Source: Desulfuromonadaceae bacterium
GTDB lineage: Bacteria; Desulfobacterota; Desulfuromonadia; Geobacterales; Pseudopelobacteraceae
Reading direction: 5' to 3'
DNA length: 52,949 nucleotides
Assembly: GCA_049305715.1 (NCBI GenBank)
Contig: JBAQPK010000604.1
Coordinates: 1 to 52,949, forward strand
Made by a program: the position numbers and the translations under genes. The notes below the pieces were generated by a model, which saw only the letters and a list, made by a program, of their open reading frames with translations, was not told where the DNA came from and did no database searches. Below, one piece after another: positions 8,145-16,713 of the stretch. The first letter of the stretch is position 1, and the number at the start of each line of letters is the position of its first letter.

Positions 8145-9571
8145 TACCGATCCCCCATTTCAGCCCGCAGATAAACCCCCACCACTTCCACCTTGACCGC
8201 ATCAGCGACCATGAACCGATACACCCGGCCGATACTAGCGCCCAGCCCGAACCACCGCGCCCGGTTTCGATACGCGCCCACCCGGCCGATTGATGCCCAG
8301 AGTTCACTGCTCCAGGTGCGCCCTTCATCATCGGAGTAGGTCATCATTGCTTGCGGATCTTCGACGTCAGCCGTAGCAACCCCCATTTCTACTTTAAGCT
8401 CAAGCTCATGGTGGAACATCAGCCGGTTTTGTTTGGGGTCGAATACTTCCGCGCAAGTCCAAATCCTTTGCATCGGCTCCAGGTTGTCGGTGTGCGTCTC
8501 TTCGTCTAGGGTATAAATCCAGCCGTTCTCGTAGTCGCCCACATAAACAATCGGCCCTTCCTGAAGTACACAGTTCCCGCGCCACCTGTTCACCGAATCA
8601 ACCGGGTAGCTCCGCTGTTCGTGCCAGACATTACGCCCAGCCTGGGCGGATGTGGTAACATCGTAAACAAGAGTCTCGTTATCGGTCGGGAAGGTCAGGG
8701 CGTAGAAGGCATGGCCGCGCCAGATGTAGCCGAGGCCAACCGCGTCGTCAGTCCTGGCCATCTGACCGATCTTGTATGCAATGCTGTCGGTGGAGATAAT
8801 GCGTGGGGAGTAGGCTTCCATCATGCGAACTTGCAACTCGCTGTCCAGAAAAGGAACCATCCCAGCCACTTTTGCCGCCGACCCAGGCGCGTTGATACCG
8901 ATTTCGTGCATCCCGCCATCAAGTGGCTGGAATACCGCATCCACATCACCGCTGGTTCGGTAAATCTCAATGGTTTTAGCGCCAAACCCAAGAGCCTCTT
9001 TGTGGTCAGCCACCACCGCCAGCAGGTTGTCCGGCGCAGTTTCAGCCGTGACGAAAGCGGTGCCATCCCAGGCGGTGAAATCGTTTAATTCGCAGTTCCG
9101 CAGTCGCCCGGTGTCCGGGTCAATCGTGACTGCGTAATTCTGCATGAAAGCCAGGGAAGCCGCGCCGGGGAAGTCAACATCGCTAATCTGCCCAAAGGCC
9201 AAGGTTGACCAGTTATAAACCCACCCCTCATTTGCGGCCGCAATCAATATCTGGCTGTTGGCGTTGCGCTCGATCCATGCCTTGCCGGTTGTGCTGCCCA
9301 CCGAAAGGATTAGCGAATGGGCAAGAGAGGTCAGGTTAATCTCGTAGAACCCGTTAGCGATTAAGGCGTAGAGGGTGTTGTCAATCTGGAGTAAGGCCCG
9401 GACTTCACCAGAGGCGACCACCTGAACCAATCGCTTCAACCCAGGCCGCTCGGATAAGGTCAGCGGACTCTTGGCGTCGTCTTGGTTCAGGCAGGGGAAC
9501 ACGTTGACATCGTGGCCTGAACTGACGGCAGGCGAGCGGCCCTGTGAAAACCCGAGCGAAAGAGGTATCAT
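8144..9571 (-). CDS. Tail hub/nozzle candidate (475 aa), P22 gp10-like by size and position
   Basis: Track ORF 8144..9601. I prefer the ATG at 9571, which overlaps the upstream stop (ATGA). Beta-rich sequence. Function inferred from gene order only. Confidence 0.65.
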   Translation of the reverse strand: MIPLSLGFSQGRSPAVSSGHDVNVFPCLNQDDAKSPLTLSERPGLKRLVQVVASGEVRALLQIDNTLYALIANGFYEINLTSLAHSLILSVGSTTGKAWIERNANSQILIAAANEGWVYNWSTLAFGQISDVDFPGAASLAFMQNYAVTIDPDTGRLRNCELNDFTAWDGTAFVTAETAPDNLLAVVADHKEALGFGAKTIEIYRTSGDVDAVFQPLDGGMHEIGINAPGSAAKVAGMVPFLDSELQVRMMEAYSPRIISTDSIAYKIGQMARTDDAVGLGYIWRGHAFYALTFPTDNETLVYDVTTSAQAGRNVWHEQRSYPVDSVNRWRGNCVLQEGPIVYVGDYENGWIYTLDEETHTDNLEPMQRIWTCAEVFDPKQNRLMFHHELELKVEMGVATADVEDPQAMMTYSDDEGRTWSSELWASIGRVGAYRNRARWFGLGASIGRVYRFMVADAVKVEVVGVYLRAEMGDR

Positions 9572-10275
9572 CCGAACCACCCAACCGGGAAGTCGGAACA
9601 CTGGCCGCTATTGCCGGTCGGGTCAAGGCCAACCATGTTCTTCACCCGGTAAGCCGCGCACTGGTTGACAAGGTTGTTGTAGGATGTCCCGGCGATTGCA
9701 TAGGTTGACTGCGGCAGTTGCCGGCCGTTGTCGCCAGCCAGCATTACCGCTAGATTGTATTCGACAGCGATGTCATATCCTGGCGGCAGGTTGGCCGAAG
9801 TAGTCAGGTCGCCAGTGTCAAAGGTCGGCATCGGCTTGAGCGATACCAGGATGAACGAGTAATTCACATCGGGAACCGGGTGAACCTTGATTACGCCAAG
9901 GGGCATCGTCGGAACCATGTGCATTACTGACGGACGGCCGGTGATAGTCTTGTCGCTGATTGCCTCGTATTTGGCATGTTCAATGGGCTTGATTGGGTAT
10001 TCCTGGCTCCCGACCAGGATATGTGAATCAAGTAAACGATTAGGCCGCGAGGTATTGAATACCCCGTTTGTCCCGATGGTATAACTGGCGGTGCCGGCGA
10101 CAATCGCCAAGGTCTCCCGCGAGGGAAAGTAAATCCCCTGGCTCGCCCAGAGATCGAGCATCAAATTCGTGGCGTGAAGGGCATCCGCAATAAGATAAGC
10201 TGGCGCGGCCTGCCCTAGCCCGACCAGCCCGGCTTTCTTGAGTGCGCCTGTTACTACGCTGTTAAGCGTTGCCAT
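9568..10275 (-). CDS. Head-to-tail adaptor / tail tubular A-like candidate (235 aa)
   Basis: Track ORF downstream of the coat region and overlapping both neighbours. Function by position only. Confidence 0.6.
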   Translation of the reverse strand: MATLNSVVTGALKKAGLVGLGQAAPAYLIADALHATNLMLDLWASQGIYFPSRETLAIVAGTASYTIGTNGVFNTSRPNRLLDSHILVGSQEYPIKPIEHAKYEAISDKTITGRPSVMHMVPTMPLGVIKVHPVPDVNYSFILVSLKPMPTFDTGDLTTSANLPPGYDIAVEYNLAVMLAGDNGRQLPQSTYAIAGTSYNNLVNQCAAYRVKNMVGLDPTGNSGQCSDFPVGWFG

Positions 10276-10732
10276 TTCTTACCCATTTCCCGTAATCGTC
10301 AAAACTCCAGAACTTCCGGTTCTCGCTGCTCCAGCCGGTGCATTTCTCGCCTGCCTTAAAGGTTCGCGGCTCTTCTGTTTCGTGGTACAGCCAGCCGTCA
10401 GCCTCGGCGATGGTGTCCATTGCGGCCAGACGGTCTTTCTCTTCCTGCTCGGCCTTCAACTTATCGGCTTCGGCTAGCTTTTCCTCGGCGGCAAGGCGTT
10501 CAAGTTCCACCAGGGCGGCGGCTCCTCTCGCAGCGACACATTGCGCCTCAAAGCAATCCGGGTTTGAACAGGCGGAGTCGCCGTGAGAACCCTCGCCCTG
10601 TTGTGCGTTCCCGCCTTTCTCAGCCTCGGCAATCCGCTCTTTGAGGGTATCAACGCCCATCAGGTGCGGACTCTTCAATCCAAGCTCTTTCGCTCTGGCA
10701 ACCAACAACTCTTTCTCGTCTTGCTCACTCAT
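10262..10732 (-). CDS. Hypothetical structural-module protein (156 aa, acidic coiled-coil centre)
   Basis: Track ORF with AGGA upstream of the ATG. No motif recognised. Confidence 0.6.
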   Translation of the reverse strand: MSEQDEKELLVARAKELGLKSPHLMGVDTLKERIAEAEKGGNAQQGEGSHGDSACSNPDCFEAQCVAARGAAALVELERLAAEEKLAEADKLKAEQEEKDRLAAMDTIAEADGWLYHETEEPRTFKAGEKCTGWSSENRKFWSFDDYGKWVRNGNA

Positions 10733-10747
10733 TCTTCATCCTCAGAG

Positions 10748-10775
10748 CCGGGGGCCGGTTTTACCCGGCCCCCGG
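10748..10775 (-). terminator. GC-rich hairpin downstream of the secreted-protein gene
   Basis: CCGGGGGCCGG (10748..10758) pairs perfectly with CCGGCCCCCGG (10765..10775), an 11-bp stem with a 6-nt loop. No clear U-run on the minus strand. Confidence 0.45.
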
Positions 10776-10791
10776 TCAGGTTGTACTACTT

Positions 10792-11952
10792 TTAGTTGAT
10801 GTCGGCCCAGATGCCGGTGGAGGCGGTGATGTACCAACCATCGGTGCCGTCGCCCACAAGGGTCATGCTGTCGCCCCGAATGGTCGTCGCCTTGGTGTTG
10901 GAAACTGCATCGCCCGCACTACCCGCAACCGCAACCACAGAAGCGGCCAGGGTCACAGTACCGAAAATCTGGTCTGCGTTGTCGGGGTTGATGGTCAGCA
11001 GGTTGTTACCAGCAGCGCCGATGTTGACAAAGGTGAGTACGCAACCGGCAGAGGTGGCCGGAAGGTTGAACACGCCGTCAGCATCAGCGGCAGCGGTCAG
11101 AACCCCGCCACAATGCGCGGTGGTTACGGTGGTGGTGCCGGAACCGGCGGTAATGGTCTTGCGAGCGCCTAACCCGGAGATAGCAGCAGCCGTCCCGGTA
11201 ATGTTGGGAACGGTAAAGGTGCTGTCTGCGGTAGCATCAGCGGCGGCAACCGTAACCTCAAAGGCGTCAGCGGTTCCCTCAAACACCAGACCGTTGCTTG
11301 CACCAGTTACCGAGTTCAGAATGTCCGGGAAGTTGGTGGCCAGGCTGGAAGACATGACGTAAACGGTGGACGCTGCGCCGGTGGGAAGCTGATAAGTTAC
11401 GTCAGCGGTCGGGTCAGTTACGCCCAGGGTAGTTTCGTGCGCGTCAGCGGTAGCGCCCTCAAAGACGATGGTTGCGCCGTAAGACTGCGTACCGATATTG
11501 GAAGTCCCAGCCTCATGGTCTTCCACGACATAGGGGCTTTCAAAGGAAACGTCCCAGTTCTTGCCGCTGGCCGAGCTGATAACCATATAGCTATTCTGGT
11601 TGACGATCTTCCGGGCCGATTCCCCGCCGATGGTGTCGCCGGTTGCCGGGGCAACGGTCAGCACATTGACGCTGGAATCCGTTTTGATTACCTTCAGGGC
11701 CATGCTCTGACCGCTGGCGGAAACCGAAGAGAGAGACGGCAGGGTAATGGTAAACCCGGCCGCCGTGGCATCGCCGTTAATCAGCGCGCCACCGTCCGAG
11801 GTGGTCACGGTGTAGGTTGTGGTTTTGGTAAGAACTTTGGTCTGGTTGAAGTCAACCCCGTAAGGTGCGCCCAACCGGGCGGTGGTGGCATAGCCGTTCC
11901 CTGCAATCAGCAGGAAGGCCAGCGCAACCGAGAGAGTCTTGAAGTGCTTCAT
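10792..11952 (-). CDS. Secreted protein (386 aa) with Sec-type signal peptide, encoded directly after the coat gene
   Basis: N-terminus MKHFKTLSVALAFLLIAGNGYA|TT has basic n-region, hydrophobic core and small-residue cleavage-like site, with no lipobox Cys. Thr/Ala/Gly-rich beta-type body whose N- and C-terminal domains both end in a G-x-(N/D)-W motif. Confidence 0.75.
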   Translation of the reverse strand: MKHFKTLSVALAFLLIAGNGYATTARLGAPYGVDFNQTKVLTKTTTYTVTTSDGGALINGDATAAGFTITLPSLSSVSASGQSMALKVIKTDSSVNVLTVAPATGDTIGGESARKIVNQNSYMVISSASGKNWDVSFESPYVVEDHEAGTSNIGTQSYGATIVFEGATADAHETTLGVTDPTADVTYQLPTGAASTVYVMSSSLATNFPDILNSVTGASNGLVFEGTADAFEVTVAAADATADSTFTVPNITGTAAAISGLGARKTITAGSGTTTVTTAHCGGVLTAAADADGVFNLPATSAGCVLTFVNIGAAGNNLLTINPDNADQIFGTVTLAASVVAVAGSAGDAVSNTKATTIRGDSMTLVGDGTDGWYITASTGIWADIN

Positions 11953-11982
11953 CTTGTAATCCTCTTTTTGATTTTGGTTAAT

Positions 11983-12008
11983 CCCCGGCAGGGCGAACCA
12001 TGCCGGGG
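11983..12008 (-). terminator. Hairpin between the coat gene and the secreted-protein gene
   Basis: CCCCGGCA (11983..11990) pairs with TGCCGGGG (12001..12008), an 8-bp stem with a 10-nt loop. Weak U-run. Confidence 0.4.
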
Positions 12009-12040
12009 CTTTGTCCTAAGTCCTTGTTTTTACTGCGCTA

Positions 12041-13255
12041 TCATCCAAGCAACCGTACCCCGGTCTCGGGGTAAAGCTCACGCCCACCGAACAGGATGTC
12101 GATACGCGCCTTCTCCGTCATGGTCGAAACGTCATAGCCTGCGGTCAGCAGCAGCGAAATGCCTTCGTAGGTGATCGTCTCGGCGATGGTGGCGCTCATC
12201 GGCTTCTTGAACGGCATGGTAGCCAGAACCAGAGTGTCCTTGGTGATAACCATGTTGGCAACGTGAGCAGCCTTCACGGTTACAGCGGCAGCCTCAACAG
12301 GGGCGGCGCTCACATTCTGGTAAGCCCCGGTTGCAATCGGCTCGGGGGAGATGGTAACGGTCATCGCGTTACCGGCTTCCGCTCCAGCGGTGGTAACAAT
12401 GAACTGCATCAGCCGGTCGCTGGAAACGGTGCGCTTGTTAACCGGGTTAACTGCGTAAACCCCGGCAATGGTAATGGTGTCTCCGACAACCAGGCTGTCG
12501 CTGGCATCCAAACCCTGAAGAACCAGGGTAGTCCCGCCAGAACCTGTCTCATCGTACTGCGCCCCTGCGCCCAAGGTGCCGGAGGTGTGCTTGCGGATGT
12601 TGTTGGACTCGTACATATTCAAGTCCATCAAATGCCCGAGCCGGCCGGTCTTGACTGCTTCCTGCGCTTCACGGACAAACAGCGCGGAAAGGGCAGTCGG
12701 GATATACCCGGCAGCCTTGGGGTTAAGGATCATGTTCTTGGTCATTGACTGCGTGACACCGTTCTCGACCATGATCATTTTGGCGTCAGCTAGGGCCTGC
12801 TGGGTCGCGGCGGCGGTTCCGGAGCCAGGGGTTTGACCTGCGGTGCCTGCGGTCTGGTGCAGCTTGGTGCCGAGACCGGCGATGTAGTCGTCAATGGAAT
12901 CAGCCAGGGTCAGAATTGCCGGGCGGATGAACTTGCTGGAAACCTTAGTGATCTCCGCTTCGGTGTTGAGGGTCATGTCAAAGACGGACATATCCAGGCC
13001 AACGTGCTTGTGCTGGTCAAGGGTGACGGTCTTGGTGGTCTCGGTGATGCTCTGGCCCTGGAAGGTCGCGCCGTCCTTCGCCAAGTAGCGAATGGGCATC
13101 GGAACGTCAACGGACGGGCCGAGTGCGCCCATACCGGGAGCCTTGTATTTCTCTTCACCGTACATGGTGACGACTTTCCCCAGCTTCAGCGCATTGTAAA
13201 GCTCAATGGCTGCAATCTGGAGAATCTTCTTACTGGTCTTAAACTGGTTAGCCAT
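12041..13255 (-). CDS. Major capsid (coat) protein (404 aa), P22-type head-module position
   Basis: Track ORF directly after the scaffold gene in the order portal, scaffold, coat. Size and composition are typical of HK97-fold coat proteins. Confidence 0.85.
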   Translation of the reverse strand: MANQFKTSKKILQIAAIELYNALKLGKVVTMYGEEKYKAPGMGALGPSVDVPMPIRYLAKDGATFQGQSITETTKTVTLDQHKHVGLDMSVFDMTLNTEAEITKVSSKFIRPAILTLADSIDDYIAGLGTKLHQTAGTAGQTPGSGTAAATQQALADAKMIMVENGVTQSMTKNMILNPKAAGYIPTALSALFVREAQEAVKTGRLGHLMDLNMYESNNIRKHTSGTLGAGAQYDETGSGGTTLVLQGLDASDSLVVGDTITIAGVYAVNPVNKRTVSSDRLMQFIVTTAGAEAGNAMTVTISPEPIATGAYQNVSAAPVEAAAVTVKAAHVANMVITKDTLVLATMPFKKPMSATIAETITYEGISLLLTAGYDVSTMTEKARIDILFGGRELYPETGVRLLG

Positions 13256-13272
13256 CTCAATTCCTCGTTAGG

Positions 13273-14187
13273 TTAGCCCCGCCCGAGAATCCTTTCCAGT
13301 GAACTCATATCAGCCCCGGCAGTCGTGCCGTTGTTGACGATGTTCCCACTGACAGGAGTTATCGGGTCTGGGGCGTTTGATGTCTTTTTGGGTACTGGTG
13401 AACTCAACTTCACGGACAACTCGCCCAATGCTATTGCCCGTTTCTTCTCTGGCATTGCTGCCAGCCTTGCCCCAAGGTCGAGGTTCTGTGCCAAGTGATA
13501 GGCGACCTCAACCGGGTTAGATGTTTGCGTGATATCGTCGGCCAGATCCTCCGTGAAGTACCCGGAAGGCACTGACTCGATTACCTGCTTGAAGTCGGCA
13601 TGAACTTTCGGCCCTTCTTCATGCAGTTTTGAAACTCGTCCTCCCAGGTCGCTTGCAACCTGCGGAGTAGGTTTTTCAATCTCCGGCGCTGGTTTGGCCG
13701 GCGCGGCATTCTCAAACTCCCGCTGCTCCAGCTTCCAATCAACCGTAGCGTCGATGTATTCCTGTTCGGTTTCAAAGTCGTCCAGGCTCGGCTTGGGCTT
13801 CTCGAACTCAGGCTTGGGGGCTTTCGCCTCCAATTCCTTCAGTCGCTCTTTAAGCGTCTGGTTCTCGCTGGCCAACCCTTCGGCTTTGATTCTGAACTCA
13901 TGCTTTTGCCGAGTCGCACGGTTGACAGTCTTCTGAACCCACTTCGGTGTGTTCTCGGGCCAGGTTCCGGTCTTTTCAAAGTGCGCTTCGGCCTCGTCTA
14001 CTTCGTCCTGCTGGGTGGCAGTTAAATCTTTCGCCGGTTCGGCGGTGCCCTCTTCCTTCTTCTCTACCTCTGGTTGCCCTTCGGTATCAGTGGTGGTATC
14101 AACGGCGGTCTCTTCCGTCACTTCTGCGCCCTCACCCGGTTCAGCGCCGGTCAACTCTGCAATCTGTTCGTCGGTGAATCCCTTCAT
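13273..14187 (-). CDS. Scaffolding protein (304 aa)
   Basis: Acidic E/K/T/P-rich, predicted helical protein between portal and coat. Confidence 0.7.
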   Translation of the reverse strand: MKGFTDEQIAELTGAEPGEGAEVTEETAVDTTTDTEGQPEVEKKEEGTAEPAKDLTATQQDEVDEAEAHFEKTGTWPENTPKWVQKTVNRATRQKHEFRIKAEGLASENQTLKERLKELEAKAPKPEFEKPKPSLDDFETEQEYIDATVDWKLEQREFENAAPAKPAPEIEKPTPQVASDLGGRVSKLHEEGPKVHADFKQVIESVPSGYFTEDLADDITQTSNPVEVAYHLAQNLDLGARLAAMPEKKRAIALGELSVKLSSPVPKKTSNAPDPITPVSGNIVNNGTTAGADMSSLERILGRG

Positions 14188-14226
14188 ACTTTCCTCGCAA
14201 TGAGTAGAATCCGCGTCTCCGCGTGG

Positions 14227-16182
14227 TTACTGCCCGTTAGGGGCTTGAATCAAGCCGATTTGCACAAGCGCCTCGGCTACTTTCTCTTGGACAAGCTGGG
14301 TGATGTCCTCTTGGTTCTTGGCCATCCGCATCTTCCGCTCTTCGTTAACTAACTGCTGCCCTTCAATAGATAGCTGTTCTTTCTCGGAAGGAGGCGGCGG
14401 CCCTTGGGGCTGTTCTGCTCCAGGAGGCGGCCCGGCCAAAGCCTTCAACTCGTCTCCGATCTCCTGTGCTTCCGGCCAATCGGAGTTTTTGGCAATTCGC
14501 GGAGCCAAAACCGGAACGGCAGGAGGGAAGGCTTGGGCGAGCTGGATCATGCCGTCAACCGCTTCTTGCCGCTTGGTTGCGTAAGCAGTACCAGCCGTCG
14601 CCACTACGTCATACTTGCCAATGGTTACGTCATTCTCAATGATGGTTCGGCCAGGCTGGAGCGGGTCACGAACCGCCTTGTTGATTGTCGCCCACGATTC
14701 CGCCCCATCTTCGCCGAGCAGCCGGACAACTCTTTCGCCGTCCATTACCCTTGGGATCATGTCAACCAGCACCCGGCCCAGGAAGGTGATGCCGTGGACG
14801 TGGTTGTCGATAAAGACGAAGGTTCCGATATCCCCTTGTCTCTGCCTGGCGTTGATTGCCTTGCCGCTGGTCTCGTTACCGGCCGCGCCAAGGGATGCGT
14901 CGTACTTCCCGGAGGTTGACTTGATATCGTCGGAGGCCAGCATTGCCTCACGGTCGGCGGCTTGGTTAACTACGGCCGGCTGCTGGCGTTGGGGCCTACC
15001 GTTGCCTTTTCCTGTGTCGTTATAGAGGAGATAGGGAAAAGGCTTCTTGTTGGCCTCGTCCCATATCGGCTCGAACCCTTGCACTTCGCCAGGGGTCAGG
15101 ATGAACGGCTGGATAGGAGCTTGGGCCATCGTCTCAACCGCAGTTGAACGCGCCCAGTTATAAAGCCGGTTCGGGTCTTTGCTCCACTTGATTGCCGACC
15201 GGAGTTTCTGCTTGCCTTCAATCCAAACCTCGTCGCCGGGAATGAAGATTATCGGGATGTACTTGCAGGGAACTTCTTTCGGGCCTTCCAGGATTTCAAT
15301 ACCGTTGGTCTTGTACCATTCGACCACGGGAATATTGGTGGTTCGCTCCTTGATAATGGCGATACTCGCCCCGCTCGCTGAAACGATGAACCCGTCAACC
15401 ACCTTACCGCCGTACTTTTTAACCCGCGATTCCCTGATGGTCGCCCCGCCTTCGACCTGATAAAGCTGCTCCTTCTTTTCCTCAACCCGGAAATACTCGA
15501 CCACCCTCACCGTCTCATCGGCAATCCAGGTCTTCTCCTGGTCGCCAAGTCCTGACGCCATCGCCCCGCAGACGGTCGAATTTGGGTAATCCTTCTCGTA
15601 GGTCTTTTTGGCTACATCCTCAGTCACGAAATAGAACCTAGCATCAGAACGGTCTAGCTTTTTGGCGTTGGGGTCGCAGTAGATAGACAGCGGATTAACC
15701 ACCCGCTCGATCTTGATGTCCTGGTCCATCGAATCTTCGTCGATGAACTGGGTCAAAACCCGAAGATAACCCCAACCGCCCCGGACGGAATAGGAAAGGC
15801 CAGTATCGTAGGCGGTTTCGGCTTGGGATTGGTTCTCGATGTTCTTGATGATGCCGTTGAATACTTCGGCAAGGGCGGGGTCGCTTATGCCGTCAACCGG
15901 CTTGACCTTGATATTGATTTTGTTCTGGCGGGCGTCGCCTAGGATCTGCTTGGTGATCTGCTGGGTCTTGTTAATGACGAGACACGGCCGGCCATCGGCT
16001 GAGCGGTCGGCCTCTACCTTCTCGTCCCATTGTTTGCCGTTCTCAAACTCGATGTCTTCAATAAAACTTTCCCGGTTCTCGCGTTCGGCTGGGTCGTTCT
16101 GGCACAGCTCGTAGCGGTCCCGGATTTCTTGCAGGAGGATTACGTTTTCTTCCGGGCTCTTCTTCTTTGCCTTCTCGGCCAT
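14227..16182 (-). CDS. Portal protein (about 651 aa)
   Basis: Track ORF 14227..16194 (TTG start lying in the terminator T-run). I prefer ATG 16182 (MAEKAKKKSPEENV...). Size and position between TerL and scaffold. Confidence 0.85.
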   Translation of the reverse strand: MAEKAKKKSPEENVILLQEIRDRYELCQNDPAERENRESFIEDIEFENGKQWDEKVEADRSADGRPCLVINKTQQITKQILGDARQNKINIKVKPVDGISDPALAEVFNGIIKNIENQSQAETAYDTGLSYSVRGGWGYLRVLTQFIDEDSMDQDIKIERVVNPLSIYCDPNAKKLDRSDARFYFVTEDVAKKTYEKDYPNSTVCGAMASGLGDQEKTWIADETVRVVEYFRVEEKKEQLYQVEGGATIRESRVKKYGGKVVDGFIVSASGASIAIIKERTTNIPVVEWYKTNGIEILEGPKEVPCKYIPIIFIPGDEVWIEGKQKLRSAIKWSKDPNRLYNWARSTAVETMAQAPIQPFILTPGEVQGFEPIWDEANKKPFPYLLYNDTGKGNGRPQRQQPAVVNQAADREAMLASDDIKSTSGKYDASLGAAGNETSGKAINARQRQGDIGTFVFIDNHVHGITFLGRVLVDMIPRVMDGERVVRLLGEDGAESWATINKAVRDPLQPGRTIIENDVTIGKYDVVATAGTAYATKRQEAVDGMIQLAQAFPPAVPVLAPRIAKNSDWPEAQEIGDELKALAGPPPGAEQPQGPPPPSEKEQLSIEGQQLVNEERKMRMAKNQEDITQLVQEKVAEALVQIGLIQAPNGQ

Positions 16183-16192
16183 TTCGTGCCCC

Positions 16193-16256
16193 AAAAAAAA
16201 GACCCGCCAACTCCAGATAAGGAGTTGGCGGGTCCGTGTTATACGATGCCCAGAGA
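16193..16256 (-). terminator. Intrinsic-terminator-like element, copy A of a roughly 60-nt repeat
   Basis: On the minus strand a perfect 14-bp stem (16201..16214 / 16221..16234, GACCCGCCAACTCC) is followed by T8 (16193..16200). The box TGGGCATCG..AACA lies 5' of the stem. A near-identical element is at 42904..42965. Confidence 0.6.
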
Positions 16257-16276
16257 TTTTTTAGCTACTTTGCTCT

Positions 16277-16305
16277 ATTTGACTGTTTTACCTACTGTTT
16301 GTCAA
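16277..16305 (-). promoter_or_regulatory. Sigma70-like promoter candidate upstream of the portal leader
   Basis: Minus strand TTGACA (16305..16300), 17 nt, TCAAAT (16282..16277). Confidence 0.3.
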
Positions 16306-16429
16306 TGTTTTATTTGGGCTGGGGCTACTGCCATTACACACAGCCCTTAGCACATCTGCGGCCAATGCCGGGAAGCTAATCTTATCTCTAATAGCTATTT
16401 CAAATTGATCCCGACTCTCGTCTTGGCTG

Positions 16430-16624
16430 TCATCCCACAACCCGCCTCATCCCAACCCTCTCGGGCGGCTTCATCCCTTCGCCCCGGTTAACATGCACAA
16501 CCTGGCCGGCTTGAACCTTAATAACCGCCTCGCCATGCCATAAAGGGTCACTGAGCATCGGCCGGATTACCGTCTGGATCAGCCATGCCTCGGTGTCGTT
16601 TAGCTCGACTGTGCGCTTGGTCAT
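16430..16624 (-). CDS. Hypothetical small protein (64 aa)
   Basis: Track ORF 16430..16666. The internal ATG at 16624 (MTKRTVELND...) follows a GGGGG Shine-Dalgarno-like run. Confidence 0.5.
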   Translation of the reverse strand: MTKRTVELNDTEAWLIQTVIRPMLSDPLWHGEAVIKVQAGQVVHVNRGEGMKPPERVGMRRVVG

Positions 16625-16713
16625 TCCCCCGAATCCCCCCTTGTATTCCAGCGGTGAGCAACACATAAAGAATCGTTGTTAAAACAATAACATAAAATTT
16701 TCGCCCTATCTAG

